From the NCBI GenBank assembly GCA_963764625.1, contig CAVXTH010000006.1, forward strand, positions 830,048 to 894,047: 64,000 nt of DNA, in the 5' to 3' direction. The translations under genes and the position numbers were made by a program. Positions within the stretch are counted from its first letter, which is position 1. The number at the start of each line of letters is the position of its first letter. The stretch comes from Candidatus Krumholzibacteriota bacterium (lineage in GTDB: Bacteria; Krumholzibacteriota; Krumholzibacteriia; JAJRXK01). The notes beneath the pieces were generated by a model, which saw nothing but the letters and a program-made list of their open reading frames with translations, had not been told where the DNA came from and searched no databases. This document shows, one piece after another, positions 49,074-60,106 of this stretch.

Positions 49074-50257
49074 AGTTCTGGCGGTGGCTTTGGCTTCTCC
49101 CACCCCTCGTTTCGCAGCATTCCCAGGTACACGAAACCCGAGAGATAGGTCGCGCTGAGCGGATTGTCCGTAAGCGCATACAGGGTGAGCCCGACCATGA
49201 AGGCCAGAAGGAAGGGCCGGTCGTTGCTCGCGAAGCGGCCGTGCATGCGCCAGGCCCACAGGACGATCGCCAAGAGGAGGATGAGGCCCCCCACCACGCC
49301 TCCCTCCACCACGAAGCGGAGGTATTCGTTGTGAGGGAAGTTCGGGTCGAAGACCCCCTCCTGTCCCGCGCCCAGACCCCGCCCGAACCAGATGCTCTTG
49401 TGAAACTGATCGAGGTACCGGGCCCAGATGATCCTGCGACCGCTGAAGTTAAACTGGTCGCCGCCCATTCCGTACATGCGGTCGACCATGACGGGTGCGT
49501 AGACCACCATAGCCACCCCCACCGCCATCGCCCCCACATACGCCCAGCCCTTCAGGCGCCACAGGGCATTGCGGGCGTCGCGGGAGCGGATGAAATACAC
49601 CAGCGCAGCCACGAACGCGGCGAAGAGGCCCATCCGCGCGCCGCTGAAGATCAGAAAGATGAGATTCAGGAAGATCAGGGCCCCCATCGGCCAGCGGCGC
49701 GTCCGCACCCACTCGTGGAGGGCTACCAGGACTCCCGCGAAGGCCAGAGCCGCGAAGTAGTCGCCCTTGGTTGCTCCCTGGAGACGGAAAACTCCGCCGA
49801 AATACCCGGTGTAAACGCGGTGGAAGCCCCCGAACTGGAAAATCAAACCCACCAGCACGCTGATGAGTGGAAGGAGTGCGACCAGAAAGGCCAGGGGCAT
49901 CCGCCTGCCCGGTCCGAACTTCGCCTCGACGAACAGCCAGGGAAGCGCAAGCGCGAGGACCGCCTGCAAGGTGTAGGTGGGTTTCAGGCCGGGGGCCAAA
50001 TGATGGCTAAACCAGCCCAGGAAGAAGGTCTGGACCAAGATGAAACAGAGGGCATACAGGGGCCAGGGTTCGTGCTTCTTCCACAGCCCGAAGGCGGCGA
50101 CGTTGGCGTAGAGAGCGAGGAGCAGCAGCAGGCGTTGGGCGGGCTCGAGCCATTGAGCGGTCCCTGAGGAGATCTGGCCGTAGAAGACGTAGCGAAATCC
50201 CACCGCCAAGAGGGCGGTCGCAGAGAACAAAGAGATCGTAGCTACCCGTTTGAGCAT
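49070..50257 (-). CDS. O-antigen ligase family protein (WaaL/Wzy_C)
   Basis: RLQGAT, SGARMG, SGRRIIW, FGRGLG, PHNEYLR..EGGVVG. Confidence 0.85.
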   Translation of the reverse strand: MLKRVATISLFSATALLAVGFRYVFYGQISSGTAQWLEPAQRLLLLLALYANVAAFGLWKKHEPWPLYALCFILVQTFFLGWFSHHLAPGLKPTYTLQAVLALALPWLFVEAKFGPGRRMPLAFLVALLPLISVLVGLIFQFGGFHRVYTGYFGGVFRLQGATKGDYFAALAFAGVLVALHEWVRTRRWPMGALIFLNLIFLIFSGARMGLFAAFVAALVYFIRSRDARNALWRLKGWAYVGAMAVGVAMVVYAPVMVDRMYGMGGDQFNFSGRRIIWARYLDQFHKSIWFGRGLGAGQEGVFDPNFPHNEYLRFVVEGGVVGGLILLLAIVLWAWRMHGRFASNDRPFLLAFMVGLTLYALTDNPLSATYLSGFVYLGMLRNEGWEKPKPPPEL

Positions 50258-52158
50258 CAGGCTCCGGCCGCGTCTTTCCGCGTGCCGGGGATCACGCGGA
50301 GTTCGGGTACGGTCTCGCCCTCGGGAAGATTGCCGCTGTAGGCCGGCACGAGCGAGTGAAGCAGATGGAACAGCTCGCGGCGCTCGCCCTTTTCCGCCGC
50401 CAGAACGAGGTGATCCACCTCGTTTTCCAGCTGCGGGTCGAAGCTTTCCTCACGGAGTGCGCAGAGAATGCTGGGATGTGCGGTGGCGACTGGGTTCTCC
50501 CGCTGCGTCCAGAGTTCCTCGTAGAGCTTTTCTCCCGGACGCAAGCCGACGATCTTGATCTCGATGTCCTTCTCGGGCTCCAGTCCGCACAGCCGAATGA
50601 AGTGACGCGCCATGTCCAGAATGCGCACCTGTTTGCCCATGTCCAGAATGTAGGTCCCTCCCACTTCGTCCATGGCAGTGGCGCAGAGCACCAGCGACAC
50701 TGCCTCGGGGATGCTCATGAAGTAACGGCGAATCTCCGGATGGGTGACGGTGACCGGTCCCCCGTGGGCGATCTGCTTGCGGAAGAGCTGGACCACGCTG
50801 CCGTTGCTGCCCAGGACGTTCCCGAAGCGAATGACCGCGAAGCGGGTTTCGCTCGTTCGATCGAGGTCTCCCACGATGCGCTCGGCGATGCGCTTGGTGG
50901 TTCCCATCACGCTGGTCGGTCGCACCGCTTTGTCGGTGGAGATGAAGACGAAGTTCTTGCAATGGAATCGATCGGCCAGCCGCGCCACGTTGCGCGTACC
51001 CTTTACATTGTTGCGCACCGCTTCTTCGGGGAAGTGCTCGAGCACCGGCACGTGTTTGTAGGCGGCGGCATGAAAGACCACTGAAGGCCGGTAGCGCACG
51101 AAGATGCTCTCGAGTTTGGCTTCGTCACGCACCGAGGCCAGTACGGGCACGCAGCGCGCCTGCGGATGGCGGGCGGCGAGTTCGTGTTCGATCTCGAAGA
51201 GGGCGTTCTCGTTCTGATCGAGCAGAATCAGGCGGGCCGGTCTCTGCTGTAGGATCTGCCGGCACAGCTCGCTGCCGATCGATCCCGCGGCGCCCGTGAC
51301 CAGCACCGTCTCGTTCTTCAGCAGCTCCGCCACGCTCTCGTGGTCGGTGAGGATGGGCTCGCGGCTCAGGAGATCGTCCATGGAGAACTCGCGCCACTCT
51401 CCGATGCGGGCGCGGCCGTTGAGCAGCTCGTCCAGGGGCGGGATGCGCTTCACCGGCAGCTTGGTGGAGCGAGCCAGGGTCATGATCTCCCGCATGCGCG
51501 GCGCGCCGATGTCGCGGCAGATGGCCAACAGAACGCTGTCCGCCTTGAACCTCTCGACCACCGCCGGAAGTTCATCGATTGTCCCTTCCACCGGCACGCC
51601 GTGGACGTGCAGGCCCTGCTTCATGGGGTCATCATCGACAAAGGCCACCGGCTGGAGGTCGGCCAGGGGCTGGCGGGCGATCGCGCGGACCGCGGCTTCG
51701 CCCGCGTCGCCGGCCCCGATGACCACGGTCCGGCGCGAGGCGCGGGAGTCCTGGAGGAGTTCCTGGGAGACCCGCAGGCTCATGCGGGCCGCCGAGAAGA
51801 TCAGCAGCGAGATCAAGAGGTCGATGGCCAGGATGGTGAGCAGGAAGGCCGGCAGCTGGAAGGCCAGGGTGAGGCCCATGAGCAGGGCGTTCGCGCTGAA
51901 GATGGCCAGGGCGGTCGAGATGAGGTCGCCCACGTCGGCGTAGCGCCACATGCCCCGGTCGACCCGGAAGAAGACCAGCGCGAGGATTTTGACTGCGAGC
52001 ACGCAGGGCAGGCCCCGGATGAACCAGGGCGACCAGCTGGAGAGCGGCAGCCCGAGTTTGAGGGCGAAGGCGCCAGCGTACGCCGTCAAGATACAGGCCA
52101 CCAGGATGGACCAGATCAGGAAGGCGCGGTAGCGGATGCCTGTGGTTTGGGGGGGCAC
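50257..52158 (-). CDS. Membrane-bound nucleotide-sugar 4,6-dehydratase (CapD/PglF/WbpM)
   Basis: Four N-terminal TM helices, GAGDAG, TGAAGSIGSEL, HAAAYKHVP, ISTDKAV, RFGNVLGSNGSV, RPGEKLYEEL. Confidence 0.96.
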   Translation of the reverse strand: MPPQTTGIRYRAFLIWSILVACILTAYAGAFALKLGLPLSSWSPWFIRGLPCVLAVKILALVFFRVDRGMWRYADVGDLISTALAIFSANALLMGLTLAFQLPAFLLTILAIDLLISLLIFSAARMSLRVSQELLQDSRASRRTVVIGAGDAGEAAVRAIARQPLADLQPVAFVDDDPMKQGLHVHGVPVEGTIDELPAVVERFKADSVLLAICRDIGAPRMREIMTLARSTKLPVKRIPPLDELLNGRARIGEWREFSMDDLLSREPILTDHESVAELLKNETVLVTGAAGSIGSELCRQILQQRPARLILLDQNENALFEIEHELAARHPQARCVPVLASVRDEAKLESIFVRYRPSVVFHAAAYKHVPVLEHFPEEAVRNNVKGTRNVARLADRFHCKNFVFISTDKAVRPTSVMGTTKRIAERIVGDLDRTSETRFAVIRFGNVLGSNGSVVQLFRKQIAHGGPVTVTHPEIRRYFMSIPEAVSLVLCATAMDEVGGTYILDMGKQVRILDMARHFIRLCGLEPEKDIEIKIVGLRPGEKLYEELWTQRENPVATAHPSILCALREESFDPQLENEVDHLVLAAEKGERRELFHLLHSLVPAYSGNLPEGETVPELRVIPGTRKDAAGA

Positions 52159-52571
52159 TGTGGGGCCGGCTCCTTTGGATTCAAACGGGGTTTCTGGGGA
52201 GGTGATAGGATAGGACCATCCATCCCGATACGTCTACAGCGCAAACTCAAGCTCGGCCCTTCCCCCGCCTTTTTGCGTTTGTAGATCGACGCAACCCCCG
52301 GATGTGAGCTCGTAGCCTGGTGATGTCTACGCCCCGCCCAATTTCACTCCGATTCGAGAACCTCACCGTTTGCTGCGCCGCTCGTGATAGTCCTTCCCCA
52401 ACCAGACTAACTCCAGTTTGAAGAATCTCCTCAACGGTCCAGCAGATTATCGTCGACTGAGACCTTCGCACTCCGTAATGGCTATTTCCCTTGCGAGCAA
52501 GGCCGTGATAAGTTCTTGCATCTCCGCGTACTCGTTCTGGATGCACCATTCCACGCAATGGGGGTCTATGT

Positions 52572-53345
52572 ATGAAGATCGCATACACGAGCGAATTCTT
52601 CGAGTTCGTCAATGCAGGGAGAAGGAAAGAAGGGAAGAAAGAATCAGGCGTGTTCGCGCTGGTAGCGAGAGCTCTGAAGGTGCGACCAATCGTCGCTTCA
52701 ATCTTTCTCTTTGAGAGAATTTGTGGTTTCGTTCTGGCCCTACCGATACCAATCTATTCCACGCTTGTCAGAATGTTTGTCACGGCCATTCCTGGATTAC
52801 CCACTTTTGCAGGGATGTACATTCGATCCCTCTATTACCGGATTGTGCTCAAGAGAATGGAATCCAACGTCTTCATAGATCAGAACGTATTCTTTGCATT
52901 TCCCAAAGAAGTCGAATTGGATGAGTTTTCCTATATCGACAAGGGCGTCACTTTAATGGCGAATACATGCAAAGTTGGAAAACGCGTTCACATCGCCCCA
53001 CGAGTCATAATTACCGGTGGTGGCGATTTTGAGATTGAAGATTATGCATGCATCGCGACTGGCTCGAACATTATCACCTCTACGGAGGTTTTGAAGGATG
53101 GCGCCAGGTGTTCTGGCCCAATGGTCGAACCTGAACAAAGAAACGTTCTTAGGGGTCGCGTTCTAATACAGAAGGATGCTTTCATTGGTACGAACGTGAC
53201 AATTCTCCCCAATGTTACAGTTGCACAAGGGAGCGTTGCTGGCGCGAATGTCGTGCTATCAAAGAGTACTGAGCCTTGGATGATCTACGTTGGAGCGAAA
53301 ACTCTGAAATTGGCTGAACGGGAACGGGTCAAATGGGGCGATTGA
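52572..53345 (+). CDS. Hexapeptide-repeat (LbH) acyltransferase
   Basis: VGKRVHIAP.., IQKDAFIGTNVTILPNVTVAQGSVAGA. Confidence 0.85.
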   Translation: MKIAYTSEFFEFVNAGRRKEGKKESGVFALVARALKVRPIVASIFLFERICGFVLALPIPIYSTLVRMFVTAIPGLPTFAGMYIRSLYYRIVLKRMESNVFIDQNVFFAFPKEVELDEFSYIDKGVTLMANTCKVGKRVHIAPRVIITGGGDFEIEDYACIATGSNIITSTEVLKDGARCSGPMVEPEQRNVLRGRVLIQKDAFIGTNVTILPNVTVAQGSVAGANVVLSKSTEPWMIYVGAKTLKLAERERVKWGD

Positions 53346-54538
53346 CGCCACAGTTCAAATCACAAGCGTCACCCTCCGTGCTAGACGTGTGGAGCGAACC
53401 AGAAAGAACCCTCTCCTTCTTTAAGGGTCGAGTTGCCTTTTATGGAATTCTTCGCGCCGCGAATATTGGCGCTGGAGACGAAGTCCTGCTTCCCGGTTTC
53501 ACATGCGTTGTCGTACCAGCAGCAGTGCTCTACACCGGTGCCCTCCCGGTCTTCTATGATATCAATCCACGGCAGCTCAATGGCGACCCGGATGCCGCCA
53601 TCTCGAAGATTAACGAGCACACGCGGGCGGTCATAGTACAACACACTTTCGGCGTACCGGGAGAGCTCGGAGCTCTTCCTGAGATCTGCCGTGCTCGGGG
53701 GATCCTCCTAATCGAAGATTGTGCGCATGCTTTAGGCGCTTCCCTCTTTGCGCAGCAGGTTGGCACCCTGGGTGATGCCGCATTCGCCAGTCTACAATGG
53801 TCTAAGCCTATAACCACTGGTTTAGGGGGTTTGGCCAGGATAAATACCGCTGGGCTATGGGAAGGTCTCCGTGAATTCCATGACATGGAGTGCTCCTCCC
53901 CTACTTGGAGGGAAGAGACATTCCTTACACTTGCATCGATAGCCCATGCCAAGTTTTTTCGTCCTTCGCTTTTCTGGGGAGCACAGAACGTTTATCGTCG
54001 CCTTGGTAGGATGGGAATTGTGAAGGGAAGTTCAGACCGATGTGAACTCTCCTCCCCCGAAAGGCCTGCAGTCTATGCCAAGAAATACGGAGCACGGCGC
54101 TCCGCTCGCCTGCGAGCTGTCCTACAGACCTTACCCGAGACGGTGGCTCACCGCCGGCGCATCGCGCACTTTTACTGTCAGCGACTCCAGCAGTGGGATA
54201 TTGCCCTGCAGGAGGAACCGAAAGGGGCATTTAGTGTTCCGTTGCGAGTCCCAATTCGGGTTCGGCAGCGAGAGCGTTTGCTCGAGGAAGCCAGACGAAG
54301 TCGGATTGAGCTAGGGGATTGGTTCAATGCACCACTTCACCCTGGAGAGGTTGTTCAAGAAGCCTTTGGCTATGAATCTGGAACGTGCCCGCACGCAGAA
54401 CGTGCAGCTTCAGGCCTCGTCAATCTGCCGACGCATCCTGGTGTAGATCGGAAAGCCGCGTTCCGCATACTAGACTTTCTAAGTGAACGCCGCGAGTTCT
54501 TGGTGAAATCCAGTGGAACTTACGGAGACCAGCCCTGA
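53333..54538 (+). CDS. DegT/DnrJ family PLP-dependent aminotransferase
   Basis: LPGFTCVVV, QHTFG, IEDCAHALG, SKPITTGLGG. Confidence 0.88.
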   Translation: MGRLTPQFKSQASPSVLDVWSEPERTLSFFKGRVAFYGILRAANIGAGDEVLLPGFTCVVVPAAVLYTGALPVFYDINPRQLNGDPDAAISKINEHTRAVIVQHTFGVPGELGALPEICRARGILLIEDCAHALGASLFAQQVGTLGDAAFASLQWSKPITTGLGGLARINTAGLWEGLREFHDMECSSPTWREETFLTLASIAHAKFFRPSLFWGAQNVYRRLGRMGIVKGSSDRCELSSPERPAVYAKKYGARRSARLRAVLQTLPETVAHRRRIAHFYCQRLQQWDIALQEEPKGAFSVPLRVPIRVRQRERLLEEARRSRIELGDWFNAPLHPGEVVQEAFGYESGTCPHAERAASGLVNLPTHPGVDRKAAFRILDFLSERREFLVKSSGTYGDQP

Positions 54539-55673
54539 CTCGGGAGAACGCAGCTTGAAAGTCCTCGTCATCGCGAGTTACGACCGCTCCTTGATCACTT
54601 TTAGGGGAGACCTGCTGCGAAGCATGGTCGAAAGCGGCCATGAAGTTGTCGCGTGCTCACCAAACTTTTCGGACAGAATCCGAGAGTCTCTCGCTCTCCT
54701 TGGGGTACGGCACCACAAGATCCGGATGGCGCGAACCGGAATGAATCCACTCATGGATCTGGTGACCTTTGCCGCGTTGCTTCGGCTCATTCGCGCAGAG
54801 CGCCCAGACCGTGTACTTGCTTATACGGTTAAGGCAGTAATATACGCATCGCTGGCCGCAAAGCTCCTGCGCTTTCCCCAACTGTATTCCATGATCACGG
54901 GATTGGGCTACGCCTTTAGTTCTCGCCCCGGCTTTAAGCGTAAAGCTAGTTCTGCAGCGGTTCGAGTATTGTACCGCCTTGCTCGCGGAGGAAGCAAATG
55001 CCTTTTCTTTCAGAACCCCGACGATCTGGCAGAGTTCCGACGTTGCCGCCTCATTGGGAAACACACTGGCACCGTGATGATCAATGGGTCTGGCGTGAAC
55101 ATTGACTTCTACCCAGTTGTCCCCCTAAATCAGGATCCCGTGTTTCTCTTGATAGGGCGCTTGGTCGTGGAGAAGGGAGTTCGGGAATATGCCGAAGCTG
55201 CCAAAGTGGTCCGCGAGCAGTACCCTCAAGCCAGATTTATGCTGGCCGGCTGGTTGGATTCGAACCCCGATGCCATTTCGGAATCTGAACTTCAAGGATG
55301 GATAGGAGACGGAACGATTGAGTATCTGGGTCAACTGGAAGACGTCCGACCGGCCCTGGCCTCTTGCCGTATCTTCGTTCTTCCTTCGTATTACCGTGAG
55401 GGTACACCCCGAACCATCTTGGAAGCTATGAGTATGGGCCGGCCTGTGATTACAGCAGATACACCCGGTTGTCGGGAAACTACGCAAAATGGCGTAAATG
55501 GTTATCTGGTTCGTCAAAGAGATAGCACCGATTTAGCCGAGGCGATGGTGAAACTCTTGGAGAGTCCACAAACTGCCGAAAAGATGGGGCGCGCGAGCCG
55601 AAGAATAGCGCAGAACAAGTATGATGTTAAGAAAGTCAATCGCGTTATCCTCAACAGCATGGGTTTATCGTGA
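54513..55673 (+). CDS. GT4 glycosyltransferase (PglA/CapM-like)
   Basis: FRGDL, ITGLGYAF, FQNPDD, GSGVN, PSYYREGTPRTILEAM. Confidence 0.93.
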   Translation: MELTETSPDSGERSLKVLVIASYDRSLITFRGDLLRSMVESGHEVVACSPNFSDRIRESLALLGVRHHKIRMARTGMNPLMDLVTFAALLRLIRAERPDRVLAYTVKAVIYASLAAKLLRFPQLYSMITGLGYAFSSRPGFKRKASSAAVRVLYRLARGGSKCLFFQNPDDLAEFRRCRLIGKHTGTVMINGSGVNIDFYPVVPLNQDPVFLLIGRLVVEKGVREYAEAAKVVREQYPQARFMLAGWLDSNPDAISESELQGWIGDGTIEYLGQLEDVRPALASCRIFVLPSYYREGTPRTILEAMSMGRPVITADTPGCRETTQNGVNGYLVRQRDSTDLAEAMVKLLESPQTAEKMGRASRRIAQNKYDVKKVNRVILNSMGLS

Positions 55674-55821
55674 GATACATACTCCGTATAAAAGGTCCTC
55701 CTGACCACCCTTTCCTCTACCTCGTAATATTACCCGTACCTTCGCCGCGAAGAGGAACTAAATCGACCAGACTTTCGGGGTCTTGGAACTGTCCCACGGT
55801 GCACGACAGGATGGAACACGA

Positions 55822-56982
55822 GTGAGCCAGGCACGCCTTCGAGTCTTACATGTGACAACTGGCCTCGCAACCGGCGGGGCTGAACGCGTGTTATTTGGTT
55901 TGCTGCGGGGCGGGCTTGCCGCAACACACGAGACGTCGGTACTATCCCTGACTGATCTGGGCACATATGGGCAACGAATTCAGGACTTAGGTGTAACAGT
56001 CAGCGCACTGGGCTTGAGCGGGGTAACGGATGCCCTTCCGGCTCTCTGGCAACTTCGGAAATATGTTAGTCATTTGCGCCCCGACCTGATCCAGGGATGG
56101 ATGTACCACGGAAATTTCGCTGCGTGGCTCACCTTACAGGGTTTCGTGCCCAGGCACTGCGCTCTCGTCTGGAATATACGACATTCACTCTACGGACTCG
56201 GAAACGAGAAGCCATTATCACGTTGGGTTATCCGAGGAAATCGCCTCGTATCTTCTCGCACTGATCTTGTCATTTATAACAGTTATGTCTCACGGAAGCT
56301 GCATGAGGACTTTGGCTTCGCCAGCGCCTGTTCGCGTGTAGTTCCCAACGGTTTTGACTTGGACGAGTTCAAGCCGTCACTTCATACGAAACAGCACATA
56401 CGTGGCGAGCTTGGTATTCCAGATGACGCGTTTGTTGTCGGACATATCGCGCGATTCCACCCAATGAAGGATCATTCGAATTTTCTGAGAGCAGTAACCC
56501 AGGTAATTCGTAACCACAGCAATGTCTTCGCAATTCTGATTGGCAAGAACATCGATTGGAACAACGAAATGATACTTCGTGAAATTCCCCCAGATTTAGA
56601 AAAGAACGTCCGACTTCTTGGGGAACGACGCGACATACCCGATATTCTGAGGGCACTGGATATGCTGTGTCTCAGCAGTGCCTGGGGCGAGGCGTTTCCG
56701 AATGTGCTTGGAGAGGCAATGGCCACGGGGGTTCCGTGCATAGCGACCGATGTGGGGGACAGCTCCATTATCATTGGAGATACTGGATTCACCGTCCCTC
56801 CATGCAATTTGGATGCGCTGGCATCGGCCATTGAGAGCTTTATTACCCTGCCAAGTCAAACGCGGATTTCACTAGGGCGCGCTGCGCGTGCTCGCATAGA
56901 GGCAAACTACTCTCTGCCTAAATCAGTTGCCCACTACGAGGCTCTTTATCAGGAATTGTATGACAAGAAGGAACGGCAGTAG
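55822..56982 (+). CDS. GT4 glycosyltransferase (WbnK-like)
   Basis: GLATGGAE, QGWMYHGN, RFHPMKDH, GEAFPNVLGEAMA. Confidence 0.93.
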   Translation: MSQARLRVLHVTTGLATGGAERVLFGLLRGGLAATHETSVLSLTDLGTYGQRIQDLGVTVSALGLSGVTDALPALWQLRKYVSHLRPDLIQGWMYHGNFAAWLTLQGFVPRHCALVWNIRHSLYGLGNEKPLSRWVIRGNRLVSSRTDLVIYNSYVSRKLHEDFGFASACSRVVPNGFDLDEFKPSLHTKQHIRGELGIPDDAFVVGHIARFHPMKDHSNFLRAVTQVIRNHSNVFAILIGKNIDWNNEMILREIPPDLEKNVRLLGERRDIPDILRALDMLCLSSAWGEAFPNVLGEAMATGVPCIATDVGDSSIIIGDTGFTVPPCNLDALASAIESFITLPSQTRISLGRAARARIEANYSLPKSVAHYEALYQELYDKKERQ

Positions 56983-56984
56983 GC

Positions 56985-58928
56985 ATGTGCGGAATCGCAG
57001 GATACTGGCAAGGTCACATCGATCCCGACTTGGGTGTCGCTCGGAGAATGGCAGACCAACTTCACCACCGAGGCCCTGATGATGCTGGCGTCTGGGCGGA
57101 CGCCAATACGGGTCTCGCACTGGCGCATCGCCGACTTGCTGTGGTCGAACTATCCGCTGCAGGACAGCAGCCAATGGTCTCCGCGTGCGGAAGATTCGTT
57201 CTCATTTACAACGGCGAGATCTACAACCACTTAGAACTGCGCCATGACCTGGAACAAGAGTTGGGTACTCTTCACTGGCACGGTCGCTCCGACACTGAAT
57301 CGCTACTGGCAGCGTTAAGTCACTGGGGTATTGAGGGTGCCCTCAAACGTGCCAATGGAATGTTTGCGTTTGCTCTTTGGGACCGCCACGATCAGACACT
57401 CCATCTCGCCCGGGATCGCATGGGCGAGAAGCCGCTTTACTATGGGCGAGTCGGCGGTGTGTTCATGTTTGGATCTGAGCTGAAAGCTCTCCGGGCTCAT
57501 CCCTCATGGAGGGGCGAGATTGACCGGAATGCCTTGCGTCTTTACCTCCGCCATAACTATGTCCCCAGCCCTTGGAGCATCTACCGTGGGATCTTCAAGC
57601 TGCGCCCGTCACACTACGTCACCGTGCATGCCGCTGGAAATGAGATCAGCCCTGCACAGTGTTATTGGGATCTTGAGGAGATCGCGGCTCAGGGAGTGTC
57701 GAATCCAAGAGATGAATCATCAGGGTTGATCGAGGAACTTGATACTCTGCTTCGAGACGCGGTCGGCCGGCGCATGGAAGCGGATGTAGCACTCGGAGCG
57801 TTTCTTTCCGGTGGTTACGATTCCACGACCATCGTGGCGATTATGCAATCCCTCTCAACAAGCCCGGTTAAGACCTTCAGTATCGGCTTCCATGATGACA
57901 GCTTCGACGAAGCAAGGTATGCCAAGGCCATCGCCACCCACCTGGGAACCGAACACACGGAACTCTACGTGACACCCGCCGAAGCGATAGCAGTTATCCC
58001 GCAAATGCCAAGACTTTGGGACGAGCCATTTGCGGACTCATCGCAAATCCCGACCTATCTCGTCAGCCGTCTCGCCCGGCAACACGTGACCGTCGCGCTA
58101 TCTGGGGACGGCGGAGATGAACTTTTCTGTGGCTATAATCGGTACGCACTCGCACACAGTATCTGGCGCACCTTAGGTCGCCTGCCAGTGTCACCTCGAA
58201 GAGGAATTGCAAACTTACTGGACCTCGCTTCTCCGCAAGCAGATCATCTCATGGGCCTTCTTCCCAAGCAATACCGCGTTCAACATGCGGGCGATCGCCT
58301 GCCGAAGCTTGCACGGCTTTTACGGAGCAATAACGCCACCTCCTTCTATTCAACGCTGATCTCCGGGTGGGACGATCTGGACAATATTATGATTGGGGGT
58401 GATGAGCCAAAAACGCTTTTCAACGACGCGAGTTGTTGTCCATCCCTGACGGATTTGCGGGATCGTATGATGTATCTTGACTCCATGGTGTACTTGCCAG
58501 ACGACATCCTTACGAAAGTAGATAGGGCAAGCATGGCCGTCAGTCTGGAGGCACGAGTGCCTTTGCTGGACCATCGTCTCGTTGAATTTTCTTGGCGGGT
58601 ACCCAAGAAGTACAAGGTACGCGATGGCGAAGGCAAGTGGCTCTTGCGGCAGGTTCTCCACCGCTACGTACCCCACGAGATGATGGGTCGACCGAAACAT
58701 GGCTTCGGAGTTCCCATAGGAGGTTGGCTGCGCGGGCCCCTATTGAACTGGGCGGAAGAACTGCTTGATGAAAAGCGATTGCGCGAGGAAGGATTCTTTC
58801 ATTCAGATCCCATACGACACCACTGGCACGAACACAAAACGGGCAAACGCCGGTGGCACTCACGTATCTGGAGCATACTGATGTTCCAAGCTTGGCTCGA
58901 GGCACAGCAACGCACAAACGGTGAGTGA
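56985..58928 (+). CDS. asnB: Glutamine-dependent amidotransferase of the asparagine synthetase family (glycan-associated, WbpS-like)
   Basis: MCGIAG, HRGPD, NGEIYN, FLSGGYDS, SGDGGDELF, KVDRASM. Confidence 0.95.
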   Translation: MCGIAGYWQGHIDPDLGVARRMADQLHHRGPDDAGVWADANTGLALAHRRLAVVELSAAGQQPMVSACGRFVLIYNGEIYNHLELRHDLEQELGTLHWHGRSDTESLLAALSHWGIEGALKRANGMFAFALWDRHDQTLHLARDRMGEKPLYYGRVGGVFMFGSELKALRAHPSWRGEIDRNALRLYLRHNYVPSPWSIYRGIFKLRPSHYVTVHAAGNEISPAQCYWDLEEIAAQGVSNPRDESSGLIEELDTLLRDAVGRRMEADVALGAFLSGGYDSTTIVAIMQSLSTSPVKTFSIGFHDDSFDEARYAKAIATHLGTEHTELYVTPAEAIAVIPQMPRLWDEPFADSSQIPTYLVSRLARQHVTVALSGDGGDELFCGYNRYALAHSIWRTLGRLPVSPRRGIANLLDLASPQADHLMGLLPKQYRVQHAGDRLPKLARLLRSNNATSFYSTLISGWDDLDNIMIGGDEPKTLFNDASCCPSLTDLRDRMMYLDSMVYLPDDILTKVDRASMAVSLEARVPLLDHRLVEFSWRVPKKYKVRDGEGKWLLRQVLHRYVPHEMMGRPKHGFGVPIGGWLRGPLLNWAEELLDEKRLREEGFFHSDPIRHHWHEHKTGKRRWHSRIWSILMFQAWLEAQQRTNGE

Positions 58929-59042
58929 TGCCGCATACACTCAGCCGAGTGACCTCATCAGTCCTCCAACCACCCCCATCAATACTACCAGCACCGCACT
59001 TATTATCGATCGCGCCATCTTCCTGGGGCATTTGTCCCAACT

Positions 59043-60098
59043 CTAGTTATGCAACGACTGTAGGATAATCTTCAGTACAGCACTACACGAGTACTTCTCC
59101 ACAACACGACTTCTGCCCCGGCTTCCGTAGTGCAATCTGAGTGCCGGTAAGGTTACAAGCGCTCTGAGTGCTCGGTACCAATCATCACTCGTTCGTGCAA
59201 CTAGGCCATACTCCTGATCGCCGACAACAAAGCTGTTCTCGCCAACATCACTCACTACCACAGGAAGCCCAGAGGCCATCGCCTCAAGGGCCTTTAATGA
59301 ACACTTGCCGCGACTCCACGGTGAATCCTCTAACGGCATTGTACCGATATCGCAGCGCCCAACCTCTTCCGCAATCCTTCTGATGTCCTGCCAACTACTC
59401 CAACCGTAATCGACTTCAACCCTGTTCTCAAGAGATGCAAATAGCAGCCTCACATCATCGCTGCCAAGCGCGCTCAGAATTTGCATGCGAAATGAACAGA
59501 CCCTCGACAATCGCTCCAGTGGTTGAACCAGTATCCGGAGTGAACGTAAATTTGCTGGCGCATTTCCCACCCAGACAATTGTTGGAGGTGTGCTATATTC
59601 TCGCGCTGCTCTCTCAAACTCCGGAGCAACTGCCGTTGGCACCATTAGGGCACTTGTGTGCTTTCGGGCATACTCCGCCAAGTAGTGACTCCCGCACCAT
59701 GCGGCATCGCTAATCCGCAAGACAAGGGGCAGAGCGTAGTATAGCGGATGTGGAAACCCAAGTTTCCATGACAGTTGAATGGCATCGTCAAAATCAAAGA
59801 TGACCCGCGCACGTCTTAGCCTTACAAGGGCACAGAGTACAGCGACTCCCAAATGTGCTGTTCTGTGAACCACCAATACTCCACCCGGTGAAGTGGCGCT
59901 CAACGCAGCAATAAGGGGCCGCAATCCCACCCACCATACTCGTGATTTCCCTATAGAGCGCATTTGGCCCGTGATGATCTTTACTTGCCATTTTTGCTTT
60001 CGTAGCTCCTCAGCTAGGAGATACACACGATGATTAGCACTTGCTTCTCGTCGATCACCCTCCGTGAGAAAGACCACGTGGTGTTTTGGCTTTACCAT
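59043..60098 (-). CDS. GT4-like glycosyltransferase
   Basis: IFDFDDAI, MPLEDSPWSRGKCSLKALEAMASGLPVV. Confidence 0.88.
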   Translation of the reverse strand: MVKPKHHVVFLTEGDRREASANHRVYLLAEELRKQKWQVKIITGQMRSIGKSRVWWVGLRPLIAALSATSPGGVLVVHRTAHLGVAVLCALVRLRRARVIFDFDDAIQLSWKLGFPHPLYYALPLVLRISDAAWCGSHYLAEYARKHTSALMVPTAVAPEFERAAREYSTPPTIVWVGNAPANLRSLRILVQPLERLSRVCSFRMQILSALGSDDVRLLFASLENRVEVDYGWSSWQDIRRIAEEVGRCDIGTMPLEDSPWSRGKCSLKALEAMASGLPVVVSDVGENSFVVGDQEYGLVARTSDDWYRALRALVTLPALRLHYGSRGRSRVVEKYSCSAVLKIILQSLHN

Positions 60099-60106
60099 GG
60101 CACATA

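Noticed and set aside
52120-52140. ops/JUMPstart element for the glycan island
   Set aside because: GCGCGGTAGCGG only partly matches GGCGGTAG and lies antisense within the capD-like coding sequence.
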